A DNA stretch of 63,992 nt, filler included, from Hyphochytrium catenoides (lineage: Eukaryota > Protista > Hyphochytriomycota), in NCBI GenBank assembly GCA_900088475.1. It is 9 parts of 9 records of this genome, joined end to end, with 100 filler letters (N's around TTAATTAATTAA, not from the genome) between each part and the next. Parts side by side here need not be neighbours in the genome. Positions count along the whole stretch, not along the records: positions 1 to 14,049 come from FLMG01000187.1; 8 more parts are not named here. The stretch is one strand, 5' to 3'. The stretch's first letter is position 1, and each line of letters starts with the position of its first letter. The notes below the pieces were generated by a model, which did no database searches, was not told the origin of the DNA, and saw nothing but the letters and a program-made list of their open reading frames with translations. A program made the translations under genes and the position numbers. Below are positions 1-12,135 of the stretch, in pieces.

Positions 1-140
1 AGAGAGAGCGAGAGAGAGAGAGAGAGACGAGACGAGAGAGCGAGACGAGAGAGAGAGAAAGAGAGAGAAAGAGAAAGAAAGAGAGAGAGATAAAGAGAGA
101 GATGAAGAGAGAGATAAAGAGAGAGATAAAGAGAGAGAAG
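1..140. repeat. (AG)n-type microsatellite (intronic)
   Basis: Degenerate AG dinucleotide run. Similar AG/CT tracts occur at about 1310-1470, 49445-49490, 49730-49930, 56070-56210, 62040-62140 and 63170-63320. Confidence 0.95.
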
Positions 141-172
141 GAGCGGCAACGTTGAGCGCTAACTGCAGGTAC

Positions 173-1319
173 CTCGATCACCTCCGCTCAGTGTCGGGAG
201 CCCCTTGTTCAGCAGCAGATGCTCCTGCAGCTTCATTATCATTGACTGCTGCTGCAGCACCAGAGCCTTCAGCTCCTCGGCTTCCGATCTTGCGGCAGGG
301 ACGCTCAGAGGCGGCGCTGCAGGGAAAAGAAGGGGCTGAGGAGGAGAAGCGACAGCAGGGCAGAAGGAGGGCGTCGATGCATTGCCACCTCAACTTTGCC
401 CTTGTGGCGGTGGCTCATCAAAACGGAGCTGGGACTTTCTTCTCCCATGTCCTCCTCCTCCTAAGCTGGAAGAAGGAAGAGAAGGGAGAGTGGACGAAGG
501 TGGAGGCCGAAAAGCTTGCTGATCGTCCTCCTGTCTGCTGCAGGGCTGAGGATGGTACGAGGACGAGATTAGATCATGGGTTTGGCGAGTAGCGAAGCAA
601 GAAGAAGCGAAGGTCAAGGTTGAGATCCAGTTAAGAAGGAAGAAGAGAGAAGAGAGAGAGAGAGAGAGCCAAGAGAGAGCGCGATAGCGAGCGACCGAGA
701 GAGGGGGAAGAAGAGGACGGACCGAGAAGGAGTCAGGAGGGGGGATACTGCCAGGCAGAGGAGTTAGAGAGAAGACGTAGAGCCAGCACAGAGTGAGAGG
801 AAGAGCATTGAAGTCAGCCCACCGCTTGTGAGTGCGTGAATTGGTTGGAGTCATAAGCGCTCTCGCCTCCTTCGTGCTCCTGATTGGAAGATCGCCCTGA
901 GAACGGCACAAGAGCGAGGAGTGAGCGTCAGAGAAGTGAGAGAGTGTAAGAGAGAGAAGAAGAGGAAAGAAGGGAGAGAGGGAGAAGGGGAGAGAGAGGG
1001 AGAGAGGGAGAGAGGGAGAGAGGGAGAGAGGAACATCGCGGGGTAGACGGATGAGGAACAGAGAGAAGCTGATCAGAGGAAAGAATGGTGAAGAGTAAGG
1101 GTCGTACGCTGATGGGTGTCACGTGCGCGTGGGCTCTGCTGCTGCTGCTGCTGCTGCTGCTCTCTCTGCTGTGAATCACCAATCATGGAGCCTGAAGTGA
1201 GTACAACTCGCATACAATTGGGTGGAGAGACATTTTCCCTCTATCATGCTCTCTCGCTCTGACTCGCTTTCGCTTTCTCTCACCCTCTCTGCCTCTGTCT
1301 CTCTGTGCCTCCATCTAAA

Positions 1320-1381
<62 letters not shown>

Positions 1382-2665
1382 GTCTCTCTCTCTCTGTGTC
1401 TCTCTCTCTGCCTCTCTGTCTCCGTCTCTGTCTCTGTGTCTGTCTGCCTGTTTGTTTGTCTGTTTGTCTCTCCTCGCCCCTCCCCTCTCTGCTCTCCAAT
1501 TGCGAACCTTTTTCTCCTCTATTTGTCGCTGCAGAGCTGCTTTCCATTCTTCCTTACTGAATTGTGGAGCTCCACGCGTCAATCGTCTTTGCACTGGCTG
1601 CTGCTGCTGCTGCTGGAAGTTCTCCTGTGGGTCCTCCTCCCTTCTATCTTCTCTTCCTCTTCCTCCTCCTTGCTGTGACGACTGTCGCTGAGGAGTGGGA
1701 AGGGCAAGCGCATTGAGAGCGCCTCTTTGGGTCCCTCTGCCATTGCCCAAAGCGAAGGGAGACGGTGCTTCCATTGAAGGTCTCCCTCTGCTCTCGTTTC
1801 CGTAAGCTGGAGCTCCTCCTCCTCCTCTTCCTTCTTCTCCGCTCTCGGGCCGTGGCTGCTGTTGCTGTTGCTTAGCCTCAGTCCAGAAGTCTCCATCTCT
1901 TGCCCTCTTCTCTGTCACTTTGTTTCGCTGTAATGAAGATAATTAGAGAGAGGAGTGACTTTCTCTCTGCAGACTAGAAGCCGAGACTTAGTGGCACCGA
2001 GGAAAGCCGAGGGGAAGTGAGAAGGTGGTCGAGACGGAGAGAGTGCGAGAGAGAGAGAGCGCGAGGGGCAGGATAAAGGACGCGAGAGAGAGTGCGAGTA
2101 AGAGGGAGTAGGCTCAGAGACGAGCAGAGCAGAGAGATTGAGAAGGCGCGTGACGGAATGTAAGGGAAGACGGAAGGAGAGGGGAGAGAGAGAGAAGGAG
2201 GGAAAAAGACAGACAGGGACAGGGTCCAAGCCTTGAAGCCAAAGGAGAAGGAGAAGAAGAAGAGGCTAGAAAACCTGACCGGGGCTGAGACGAAAGAGAG
2301 AGAGAGAGGGCGAGACGAAGGGAGGCAGAGGAGAGAGAACGCGCGCATGCGGGAGAGATAGAAACGAGAGAAGGAGAAAGAAAGGCAGGCGGAGGTTTAA
2401 AGAAAGAAGCTTGGAGGAAGAGTTGCATTGCATGGCGCTGCTTCTGCGAAGAGTTGACTGAATGGAGGATGAGGAGGAAGAGAAGCAGCCAAATGCAGCC
2501 AAGAAAAAGAGAGAAAGAGAGGAGGCAACGAAATAGCAGCTTCTTCGCAGCTCTCCTCTGCCCCACCTGCTTGTCATTTATCTGCTGCTGCAATGCTTGA
2601 AGCCACTCCTGCTGACTCACCTGAGTGGTAGGCCGCCTTCGGAAGAACCCTTGCGCGTCTCCCAT
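173..2665 (-). CDS. Multi-exon coiled-coil protein with CCDC66/CSPP1-like W-x-x-x-L-x-x-Q-I-x-x-K motifs; 3' end runs off the window
   Basis: In-phase GT-AG exon chain 2665-2567, 1927-1508, 1168-1108, 896-823, 545-395, 316-173. It gives MGDAQGFFRRRPTTQVSQQEWLQALQQQINDKQ|RNKVTEKRARDGDFW...FSKEEWKAALQRQIEEKK|QREQ8SPRARDTHQ|...EAEELKALVLQQQSMIMKLQEHLL. The gene structure is well supported; the family call rests only on the repeated motif. Confidence 0.6.
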
Positions 2666-3989
2666 GGTAACTACAAGCTACTAGGAGAGCATCACTTCTC
2701 AATCATTTACGAGAAAATAGCAAACAGAGTGCAGTGATGAGGTTTGCGCCATCAGTGCGGTAGCGGAGAGAGTGAACGAAGATGCTTCAGAACAGCAGCA
2801 GAGACGTCAAGTGCTACGTGCCGATGCGTGGATAGATGCTACCTCGGTCTTCTTCTGCTGATGCTTTCTTCTACTCTTCACCACGTCTTGCAGGCTGTGA
2901 GATGGTGATGAAGGTAGCAGATGACGAGGAGGAAGGAGAGGAGGAGGAGGTAGAAGAGGAAAGACGAGGGAATGAAGAGGCAGAGGAGCCAAAGAGAGTC
3001 GGAGCTGAGGAATGAACAGGAGAAAAATTGAGGAAGCAGCAGGCGGAGGGAAGGGGGAGGTGGAGAAAGAGGAGGAGGGGAGGAGGTAAGAAACCCAACA
3101 CTTAACTAAACTTTCGATTCTTTCATATGCTTGGAATGAAATTTTACCATGTTCATTGGAGGTTAGTACCTGGATTTATAGGGACGAGCTACTTCAAAAA
3201 CGTTCCCTGCAACCTTACAAAACTTTAGTTCCTGCAAATTTGCATGTAACGCCCGATATCGAGGAATATCTTCCGCCTTCTCACTCTCAGCTCTCACTTT
3301 CCTCTACGCGATGAGGACGGCACCACCGCCCGCCTTGAAGCAATCGTTCTCCTTCTTCACGTTGTCCTAAGTCTCAGCGAGCGCTACGTCTTCTATTCCT
3401 TTACTTTCTCCTCCACCTTGCAGACACTCTCTCCGCGGATCTCTTCCTTCTAGTGTTAGACAGCAGCTGCAGCTTTGATGAATGATGATGCTCATCGTCG
3501 TTCTTTATAAACATCAAAACATCATCACAGTCCATGTTGTTACACAGTCTTATAGAGGAGCTGGTACGATGGTGATCGAACAAATATCGAACGAGATGTT
3601 TGCAACAAGTCCCTGTATCTTTCTACGATATGTAGATCTTCTGCACTATCCCAATGCCATCATCGTATGGACTATTGTGCTGGTATCGTAAGCGGTAGGT
3701 TATTAGGATTGGTACGTGGATGCAGCGGTTGAGTGAGGCAAGACGTTCATCTACATCATGATCGCAAACCCTTCCTTCTGCTCGCACAATTAAGAGGTTA
3801 CGTGCATGTGACGAGTATACCCACCAGAGAGAAATGGGTCACTACATAAGGCACTGGCCCTCTTCCTTCTGTCTTTTCCAGTGGATGCTTCTTCCGCAAT
3901 AGTTCTATTGTTCAAGGCCCTTCATCGACCAGAACCAGTTGATTGCAGATTCAATCGCATCTGCCCAAGCTCTGTCACTATCGTCAAGG

Positions 3990-4516
3990 TGTCGCTATTA
4001 TATGTGGTCCTATCATCTCTTTCTCTTCGCTCTCCAGGGAGTAGTTATTGGAACAATAATGCCTCTGACACGAAGCTTCCTGTCAGGCAGCAGCACAAGC
4101 TGCAGGAGGCAGGGTGATGCCTTCATACCACACTCATTGCTGCGTCGTGCGATTCCTGACTCTTTATGAGACTGGAGAACATCGTCGGTCGTACAGCTGT
4201 TTGTAGTCATGCTGTTGTTGCTGAAGGCTTCATGTTGTGTGCGTGTGCGCTATATGACAAGCAGCCAAACAAAGCGATGCAGCATAATCAACTCTCTTAC
4301 CGCTTCTTCTTCTTTCTCGTATCATCCAAGTCGCCGTAGGTAGACGAGTCGCATTGAGATGTCGTAGCCCATAGGAACTTTTCTTGATTGTTTGGTGATG
4401 GCGTCGCTGTGAGCTTGCCGCAGTAGTACCACTTGGTGAGACGCACACACTGCGGTCGTTGTTGGCAGGAGCTCACTTTTCTTCGCTACAGGATAGTGCT
4501 TGTTTGCTCTCATCAT
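3990..4516 (-). mobile_element. Degenerate Mutator-like (MULE/MuDR) transposase relic, N-terminal region
   Basis: Three minus-strand frames give, in the expected order, HYPVAKKSE..TTAVC, LRHLNATRLPTATWMIR..HTH and IIVPITTPWRAKRK. These resemble the MuDR motifs V-K-K-S...A-V-C, WRLHASRL...MIR..HTC and S-Y-x-x-A-W-R-A-K. Frameshifted; no TIRs found. Confidence 0.4.
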
Positions 4517-7500
4517 CAGTTTGCCCTCATCATCATCATCATCGTCCCATCATCAGCACCGATGTCCATACAGAGTACCTACATCATTCCTTTCCTCCTG
4601 GTGTGGCAGGTCAATCGTTTGCGCCGCTTTGTCACTTCGATAAGATGCATTGTCCTTGGTGCTAGCTCTGGGGCAAGTCTGGGCGGAGATTGCCCCTGAA
4701 AAGGTCTCTCGAGAAGATAGCTTCAGCGGAACAATAGGGTTGAGGTCTCTTCTTTTCTTCTCCTTCTCTTATCCAAGAGGCCGAATTCTCTAGCCATGAG
4801 TTGGCAGCCTAAGTAAATAACAGTGTAAACACCGAGTACAAGCAGAGCTATGCTCAGCTAGAAACTACTCCAGGTTCTGATCGGTTCTGAGCTCATTTGC
4901 CTACAGTACTACTGTACTCATCAGGAGACGAAGAGGTTAGAAGAAGTATGGTAATAGCAGGCAGCTTACTTCGATTCTTTAGCAAAGCAGGGTAAACAGT
5001 TATTAGAGCATACAGTAGCATAGTAAAGTATAGGAAGAAGAAGGAAAAGTCAAGCTAGACTTTGGCGAAGACTCGGGACTTACTTTTTTGTAAAAACATA
5101 CAAAACATAGGTAATGGCGACTCCCTGGAGCTCAGACGCCTTGTTGGCCGTGGCCTTTACTGTCGCCTGTCCTTGGCGATTCAGAAGGCTAATGCTAACA
5201 TGGTATTGAGACGACTCCCAGACACTCCGGGTTTGTCCGCCCCGTTCTTTGGAGCTTTGTCTCCCTGGGATCAGGTGACTCCTGCTGTCAATAAGGAGGA
5301 GGAGGCTGTTGGAGGTAGTAGTAGTAGGTAACGTTGGTCTTTTCGGCAGGAGGAATTCTCTTGTATTTGGCTGTACTTATTAGTAGCTAGTAGCTCTAAT
5401 TATAGTTAATAAAATACAAAACATACAAAAGTAGCCAATAGGAAGTAATTCTTCGTGGTCATCAGCCAATCAGATTGGTCCTAAACGCTGGCCCGAGTTG
5501 TACATCGGATGGTACAGCACGTGAAGAATCTCCAAGTTGCCAGTCAAGCATGTTTTTTTTAAGAATAGGGTATCCATTTCCTAAAGTCCTTTTTGTCTGA
5601 ACAATGGAGAATGTCCATGTTTGCAGCTACGAGTAGGCCAGGAGGACGTTTTTCAAATGGTGTCTAGAAATTAAATAATTTTTTAAAATTTTAGTGATCC
5701 TACTTGTGGGGCCGCCCTTCTACTGGCAACTTCTTGATGAAAAAAATAGTTTTCGCATATAACCGTCTTTATAGCATAAACTAATATAAAACTGCAAAGT
5801 GATAGCAAGACAAGGTCGGGTCTAAGAATGTCCCACGGCCCGCTCTTCGCGTCCGTCCTCCTAGATATATTTTGTCATTCCTTGTCTCTTCTTCTTCCTC
5901 CTCCTCCTCCTGCTAACTCGGCTGCTGCTGGTGCCTCCGCTAGCTGCTGTCTATCATCTTTATGACTGGCGCTTCATCATTCAGAGGATTGTTATAAAGA
6001 TGATGGCCGCCGCTGACCGCTCCACTGACGCCATGGTGGCCATTCATGATGATGATGTGGTCCGAACTGCATAGTGACGGCTTCGCATTGACCATACGGA
6101 AGTGTCAGTTAGTAGCCAAGGGACAAGGATAGAGGAGCTGACAGCACACGGAGGAGGAGAGGAAGTCCAGGTCCTTACATGCAGCACCCTCATCACCTGA
6201 TAGCTGCTGGTGGACCCAGACTCTTCTCTACAACCGTCGACGACCAAGAGAAACTCTACAGCTGCCGACGAGGTCCTTGTTACAGCTCATGTGGAGTCGG
6301 TCTGCCCCAATATTTTGGCTGCACCTTGCTTGTCATCTTAGTCGCCGGCCATCCATGTTTCCCGAGACCCAGACAACAAGATCTTCTGGGGCGTGTTCTG
6401 TTCAAGCCTCAAGTTACCCCTCGACCGGAAGTTGGGGGAGAAAGGGGCTGCGAGGAGGATTTGTTATGACGCTGGTGCTCGGAGTAACTTGATGAAGGAG
6501 GAGAATAAATAGCTTCGGCAGTTCGATAGAGACTCCAAAGAAGGCGAGTGATAGTTTTTTAAAACGAAGATGCTTGCAAGGAGGACAGACAGACATCAAC
6601 GGGAGGAGAGGAGCTCATCATCATTGTTGCACCAGCTCTGCTCTGCACCTTAGACAGCAGCATGTCGAACAATGAGTGGTGGATCTTCTTCCTTCTTTTG
6701 CGGGCGGATGCCTGGCAGGCGGCAGCAGCCACTCACATAAGCAGGGAGGAGGCGGTTAGAGCGATCTTTGTGTCTTTTATAAAAAATTTTCTCTACTTGA
6801 ACTTTGAATCTTGTGTCTCCATCATCCTTCTGAAGAGTAAGTAGCAGACGCCCTCCCACCTCCAACGCTTCTTATAGAAAACAGAAGGCAGGGTAAGACG
6901 TCCGTAGAAGATGCAGCTGCCCCACGCCGCGCAAGGTAGAAGAAGGCGTCGTTTGTTTCTATCACCACCAATAACACAGCGCAGCTGAAGCTTAGGCCAG
7001 TCGACAAGCAAGCAGCAGAGCAACAAGAGAGGGAAGAATGTGATGGTCTAAGAGTTCATGATGGCGGGTGACGCTCCATTTAGAACGATAGAACGTTGTG
7101 ACATATTAACGACGGGGAATGACCCGATGAACTTCGTCGTGGCGGCTTCAACTTACAGCGTTTCGCCTCACTTCCGCCGTCGTCTCTAGTTGCGCTCCTC
7201 GGTCCGCCATGCTCGCTTGTTAGTAGGATTGCCACAAACACAGTTGCTGCAGAAGAGTGAAAGAGCACAGTTCCCAAAGGCAGAGCGCGGCCCTTCCTTC
7301 TCTAACTCTTGTCCTCCTGGTAATGTTCCTGGCTTCCCCTAGGCCGCAGCTTTGTTGCTGCCCTTCTTCAGTGTTGACACTCAGTCTTCTTTTTCTCGAG
7401 TGCGCGGAGACCAGATCTTCTACTCTTTCTTGAGCTGCTCTCTCTAGGAGAGAGCCACACTGTTAGATTTTCACTCAAACATCTGAGACCTAGCAAGCGC

Positions 7501-7630
7501 TCAGCCTGATGACCAGCGAGCTTATTAGACTACTCGCAGCAACATTATCATCAAGAGCTCTTCAATCAACATCGTCGTCCTTCGCTGCGTGAGATTCCTT
7601 CCTGCGCTGAGCTCCTCGGAATAATCCAAA

Positions 7631-9229
7631 ATGCTACCCAAAGCAACCATCGCCAACGGAAGGAAGGAAGAGCAAGAAGAAGAAAGCCGCGGTCAGTGGG
7701 TGGCCATTCCAGCGGCTGGTCAACCACCAGGGGTTCTAAGAAGTAGCGACGGGGGAACACCAGAGAAGGCATTGTCAAGGCGTGACAGCTTATCTTCAGC
7801 GCACGAGAAGGGAACAATGTCTCAACCGCTTCCGCCATTTCATCGGCATTCAGCCTTGGTGCAGATCTACGTCATTGGCGTCATCTGCTTCTGCTGTCCG
7901 GGCATGTTCAATGCGCTTAATGCCCTTGGAGGAGCAGGACACGTGGATGCGACAGTCACAAACAACTCTAACGTGGCCCTCTACGCATGCTTTGCAGTCG
8001 TGGGACTATTTGCCGGCGCTGCATTCAACCTTCTTGGCCCGCGAATCTTAATGAGCGTCGGCGGGCTTACCTATTCTTTCTTTGCTATTGCGCAGTACCT
8101 TGCAGGAGTAACTTCAGACTTGAACTGGCTGGCCATTCTGAGTGGCGGTGTTCTCGGATGCGGCGCTGGCCTGTTATGGACAGCTCAAGGGGCGTTGATG
8201 CTGAGCTACTCGACTGAGAAGAACAGAGGCACCTACATCTCCATTTTCTGGACAATCTTCAACCTGGGTGGCTTTGTTGGAGGTCTCGTGGCCTTCGCCT
8301 TGAACTTCCACAACGAATCTGGGAACGTTGGAGCTGGCACTTACTTTGCCTTCTGCGGCATCATGGCTGCTGGTGCACTCTCGGCTTTGCTGCTGCTCTC
8401 TAAGCCATCGCAGGTCAGGAAAGATGATGGGACCATGGTAGAGGTCCATCGTGCACCTGGTCCATCTTATGAAGTGGAGAATATCTTCAAGCTGTTCCTC
8501 AATAAGAACATGCTCATGCTGCTGCCGCTCTTTCTGTGCAGCAACTGGTTCTACACCTACCAATTCACGGCGATCAATGGTTATCTCTTCACAGCCAGAA
8601 CTCGAAGCCTCAACTCCGCACTCTACTGGGGCAGTCAGATGATAGCAGCATATCTCTTAGGGAATCTCTTCCTGGACAAGGTCAAGCTGAACAGGCGGCC
8701 TAAGGCTCTCGTTGGCGGAACCATAGTCTCAATCGTTGTCACGATCTCGTGGGGACTGGGTCTTAACCTTCAGAAGCATTTTGAGCGTGGGGAAACAGTC
8801 GAGGAGGGAGATCCCTATGCTCAAAACAGCATCGACTTCAAGAGCTCAAACTACGGCTATCCACTCTTCGTCTTTCTGCTCTACGGTTTTGCTGATGCTA
8901 TCATCCAATGCTATTGCTATTGGTTAATGGGAGCGCTCTCCAACGACATGGCGGTGGTGAGTCGATACGCAGGGTTCTACAAGGGAATCCAATCATCCGG
9001 TGCCGCCGTGGCATGGAGGATTGATACGCTGGGAACCTCCTTTATGACGCAGCTTATCATCAACTGGGTGCTGTTCGCCGCGTCCTTACCCACTATGTTT
9101 CTAGTGGCGGCTTCAATTGAGGAGAAGCCAGAACAACAAAGGGAGAAGGATGACAGAAAGGACGCGCTAGATGACGAGCGAAGCAGCAGAATGGAAGAGG
9201 ATCTTCTTCCTGGTGTTCATCAGAAGTAG
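7631..9229 (+). CDS. UNC-93-like MFS membrane protein (intronless)
   Basis: 532-aa ORF with about 12 hydrophobic segments. Family motifs: QIYVIGVICFCCPGMFNAL, GLLWTAQGALMLSY, IFWTIFNLGG, SNWFYTYQF, RTRSLN, RYAGFYKGIQSSG. Confidence 0.92.
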   Translation: MLPKATIANGRKEEQEEESRGQWVAIPAAGQPPGVLRSSDGGTPEKALSRRDSLSSAHEKGTMSQPLPPFHRHSALVQIYVIGVICFCCPGMFNALNALGGAGHVDATVTNNSNVALYACFAVVGLFAGAAFNLLGPRILMSVGGLTYSFFAIAQYLAGVTSDLNWLAILSGGVLGCGAGLLWTAQGALMLSYSTEKNRGTYISIFWTIFNLGGFVGGLVAFALNFHNESGNVGAGTYFAFCGIMAAGALSALLLLSKPSQVRKDDGTMVEVHRAPGPSYEVENIFKLFLNKNMLMLLPLFLCSNWFYTYQFTAINGYLFTARTRSLNSALYWGSQMIAAYLLGNLFLDKVKLNRRPKALVGGTIVSIVVTISWGLGLNLQKHFERGETVEEGDPYAQNSIDFKSSNYGYPLFVFLLYGFADAIIQCYCYWLMGALSNDMAVVSRYAGFYKGIQSSGAAVAWRIDTLGTSFMTQLIINWVLFAASLPTMFLVAASIEEKPEQQREKDDRKDALDDERSSRMEEDLLPGVHQK

Positions 9230-9364
9230 TCGTCGTCGTAGTAGGCCATGGAGCGAGAGGGATCTATAAAGGTCAACGGACAGCGTCGAGCATCATCATG
9301 GCACTTTGCTTAGTAGGTCGTCGTAGTCGCACTACATGATTCGTGTTTGTCTTTAAAAAAACCT

Positions 9365-9565
9365 AAGCTTCGACAGGAGCTGATGTCCAGGAAAACTAGC
9401 ACTGAGATAGTCCAAGGGGAATAGGGAGGAGGCGGACGACCGCTGTCTCTACTGCGATTGATTCGACTGAAGCTTCAACGACAGGAGCTAAGATCTAGGA
9501 GAAGTAGCACTGAAACATAGCCCCAAAGAAGAAGTGGGGAGGCGGACGACGGCTATCCACTGCAA
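9365..9565. repeat. Two diverged ~105-bp tandem units
   Basis: The blocks aagcttc..cgacaggagct..tagcactga..ggaggcggacgac..ctgc occur twice (about 9365-9460 and about 9470-9565). Confidence 0.7.
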
Positions 9566-10756
9566 CCAATGAATTGAAGAATCATCGCTGATGATTAGGT
9601 GACAATTGACAGCAGGAGATCTCTTGGATGAAGTCTCTAATCGATGGAGAGACAAGGACCAGCGTGGTATAGGTAGCAGATGAGAATGAGACATCGCTCG
9701 TAAGACATTGAGATACGAGGAGCTTGTGAGTGTCACACAGATACTGAGAGGAAAGAGAAAGGGGAGAAGCAAAGTTAGAGGAATACTCCTTCTCTCTGTC
9801 ACTTTGACTTTCATCGTCTGGCTGGCTATAGAGCGAGGAGCATACTCCCAGCTTTGTGGGGATGTGAAAACGTAGGTCTTAGTGCGGATCTTGGCAGAGA
9901 AATGCAGGTAAAGATGTCCTAATAAATGCATGGAGATTGAACTCTCAACTCACCACCGTATCTAGAGAAGAACGTTGAGTGAGTGCCAAGCTCTGCCGTT
10001 ACGTCAGCTGCTGGCCAGGCCAGGCCTCGGTCGGTTCATAGCAGAGCTTGCAGAAGAGGAAGACTTGAGCTGCGTATAACCAGCACCCAGAAGAGCTCTT
10101 GTTCGTAAGAATTGTGTCAATCTCCCTTCCGTAGAGGTGGGGATTGGAGTTCCCGCGTTGTGAGGTGAGGGAAGCCACCTTCAAGTCAGTCATCATCACT
10201 TCCTGACTTGCCACGCCAAGCGGCCGGGACTTACCTCTACCTTAGAGCAGGATAGCTGGGGCTTGACTTCTTTCCCTGTCTGCTTGCGGCCTGACCCAGC
10301 GCCCTCAACCTTAACGGCGCTGGAGCTTGTCGGAGGCCAATAATGTATATCAGTTGCCCCCTCTCACTCCATGGACTTATTGCTTACTGTTCATTGATCC
10401 TGAGCTTCGGACGGTCGAGACTCAGCGTCAGCGCGGAGAAGAGTCGATAATAATAGCGGACTTATTTATTATTAAATATTTATGTTACAGCAGAGAAGAG
10501 ATAGAGAGAAGAGCTCCGCTACCTCATCGACTGGTCCGCTCCTGCCACTTCTACGGTGCGTAGCTGAGCGCAGCAACAACAACAAACGAATCTCCTACTT
10601 ATCTTCCAAGAAACATACATAATTACAACCGACAAACAGCCCATAAAGAAGACAAAACAGTAGTCGTCAGCCTACAGGCAGTACCAACCATTCTTTGATC
10701 AGGAGCAGCTATCTTCAAGCAACAAGCTTGATCGTTGTTGGTTGGTTGGTGGTCTA

Positions 10757-11330
10757 CTAACAAGACCCGACGCTCCGCGGTCCGCCTATATTATCCTCCT
10801 GACCAGCTTTGATTTTCAAGTCTGTGGGTTTAGGACCAATGTTGAAGGAGTAGATCCGGTCGTTCATGGCGAAATCGCGGCCGAGTTGCAAGGTGTCGTC
10901 CGTTTTGTCCATGTCAAAATTGATGGGAAAATCCAGCTCACTAATCTTCCACGCGTTCTAAGCACTGTACCGGGTCTGGCCTGCACAAAAACTCACGGGG
11001 CAATCGGGTTTGATATAGAAGTAGATGTAAGTATCTTCGTTACCCTTGCCCAGTTTGATGTCCCACGTGGCCGAGCTGATGCTGCCTTTTAGACTTCGAT
11101 CCTTATCCGCGACGTTAATGCATGCATTGCCGGTGATGTCGATTTTGGTTCCGGGGTCCGGTGTATAACGCTCGTCGGTGTAGAAAGTGACATAGCCACT
11201 TGGGACGTTCGATCCAAGCTGCCTCAGAGCAGGTTTGGACTCTTCACTGCTGCTTGCCACCCGCTGCAAGAGTAGCAACAAGAGGGAAGATGATGCGAGG
11301 ATTGGTATTTACGAGTGCAAGAGAGTGCAT
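10757..11330 (-). pseudogene. Disrupted secreted beta/gamma-crystallin-like small protein
   Basis: ATG at 11330. A 1-nt frameshift near 11308 restores a signal-like N-terminus (MHSLALV/IPILASSSLLLLLLQRVASS). The reading continues VTFYTDERY...GSISSATW...IYFYIKPDC, meets an in-frame TAG at 10960-10958, then continues WKISELDFPINFDMD...MNDRIYSFNI to a stop at 10759-10757. Confidence 0.55.
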
Positions 11331-12135
11331 TTTTGCGTTGCTTGTGACCGCTCGTCCGTCGCGTTCTTTTGCTTCCTCGTTCTTGGTGTGTTTGTTTGTC
11401 CCGCTTGAAAGAGCTTGGACGTGCCTTGGGGTAGGAAGATCGAAGAATGAGTGTTGTTCACAATGAGGAGGGAGGAAGAGGTGATTATCTATCAATACGA
11501 CAGAAAGGAAGGCGCTATAGTTCTAGAGGATACCACCAAGAGGATTAATAACGAGAGACAGAAAAGAGAGATAGTTCGGCCCTGCGCGAAGGAGAGAGCA
11601 AAAGAGGAGGAGAGAGAAAGAGAGTATAAGACGAAAGCCAGAGAGGAAAATGGTCGTTCTCTCTCTCTATCTCTGTCTCTCTGTCTCTCTCTTTCTCACT
11701 TCTCTTCGTTACTCTCCTTCTCCGCCCCGGCTACCTCGTTTCATCACAATAAAAGAAGTCTTCTATCAGTTCACGGTATACTCACAGATCTTCTTCCATC
11801 AATTGCACCAACATCCAGTCGTAGGGGTGAGAAGTATTGGAGTTCCCACCACGCCGCAAGGTCATGAGAGCCGCTTCATGTCACTTATCATCATCAATCC
11901 CTTCTGACTTGCCAAGGCGCAGGGTGGAGGGGAGAATATCCAGAGGATGTTTGGTTTTCCTGGGAGTGATAGAAGGATGGCCCTGACCCTCATCATTGTC
12001 AAATTTCCCGGGTCAGGCCTGGCAGCTCCCAGGGGTGACCGGTGATAGCAGCGACAGGACCCAAGTCAGAGTGCCAGAGGTGCTCTCTTGCCTATTAGCC
12101 CTGCCTATCAGCCCTGCTATCAGCTCTGCCTTATT

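Noticed and set aside
1176-2577. Many SLSLSL/ERERER ORFs here and at 49-50 kb, 55.9-56.3 kb and 61.7-63.9 kb
   Set aside because: Translations of AG/CT microsatellites.
5536-5732. 11-bp inverted repeat aagttgccagt/actggcaactt around an AT-rich stretch (possible MITE)
   Set aside because: Short, no TSD, no second copy in the window.
6044-7100. Several short minus-strand ORFs that might be a decayed gene
   Set aside because: No recognisable motif or consistent splice chain.
9365-9565. Repeat clusters considered as a CRISPR-like array (also 21650-21995)
   Set aside because: Only 2-3 degenerate units, no constant repeat-spacer pattern, no cas genes, eukaryotic context.
10958-10960. In-frame TAG as evidence of a non-standard genetic code
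   Set aside because: UNC-93-like, cwf18, CFAP20DC and GT61 all end at TAG in the expected places, so TAG is a stop.
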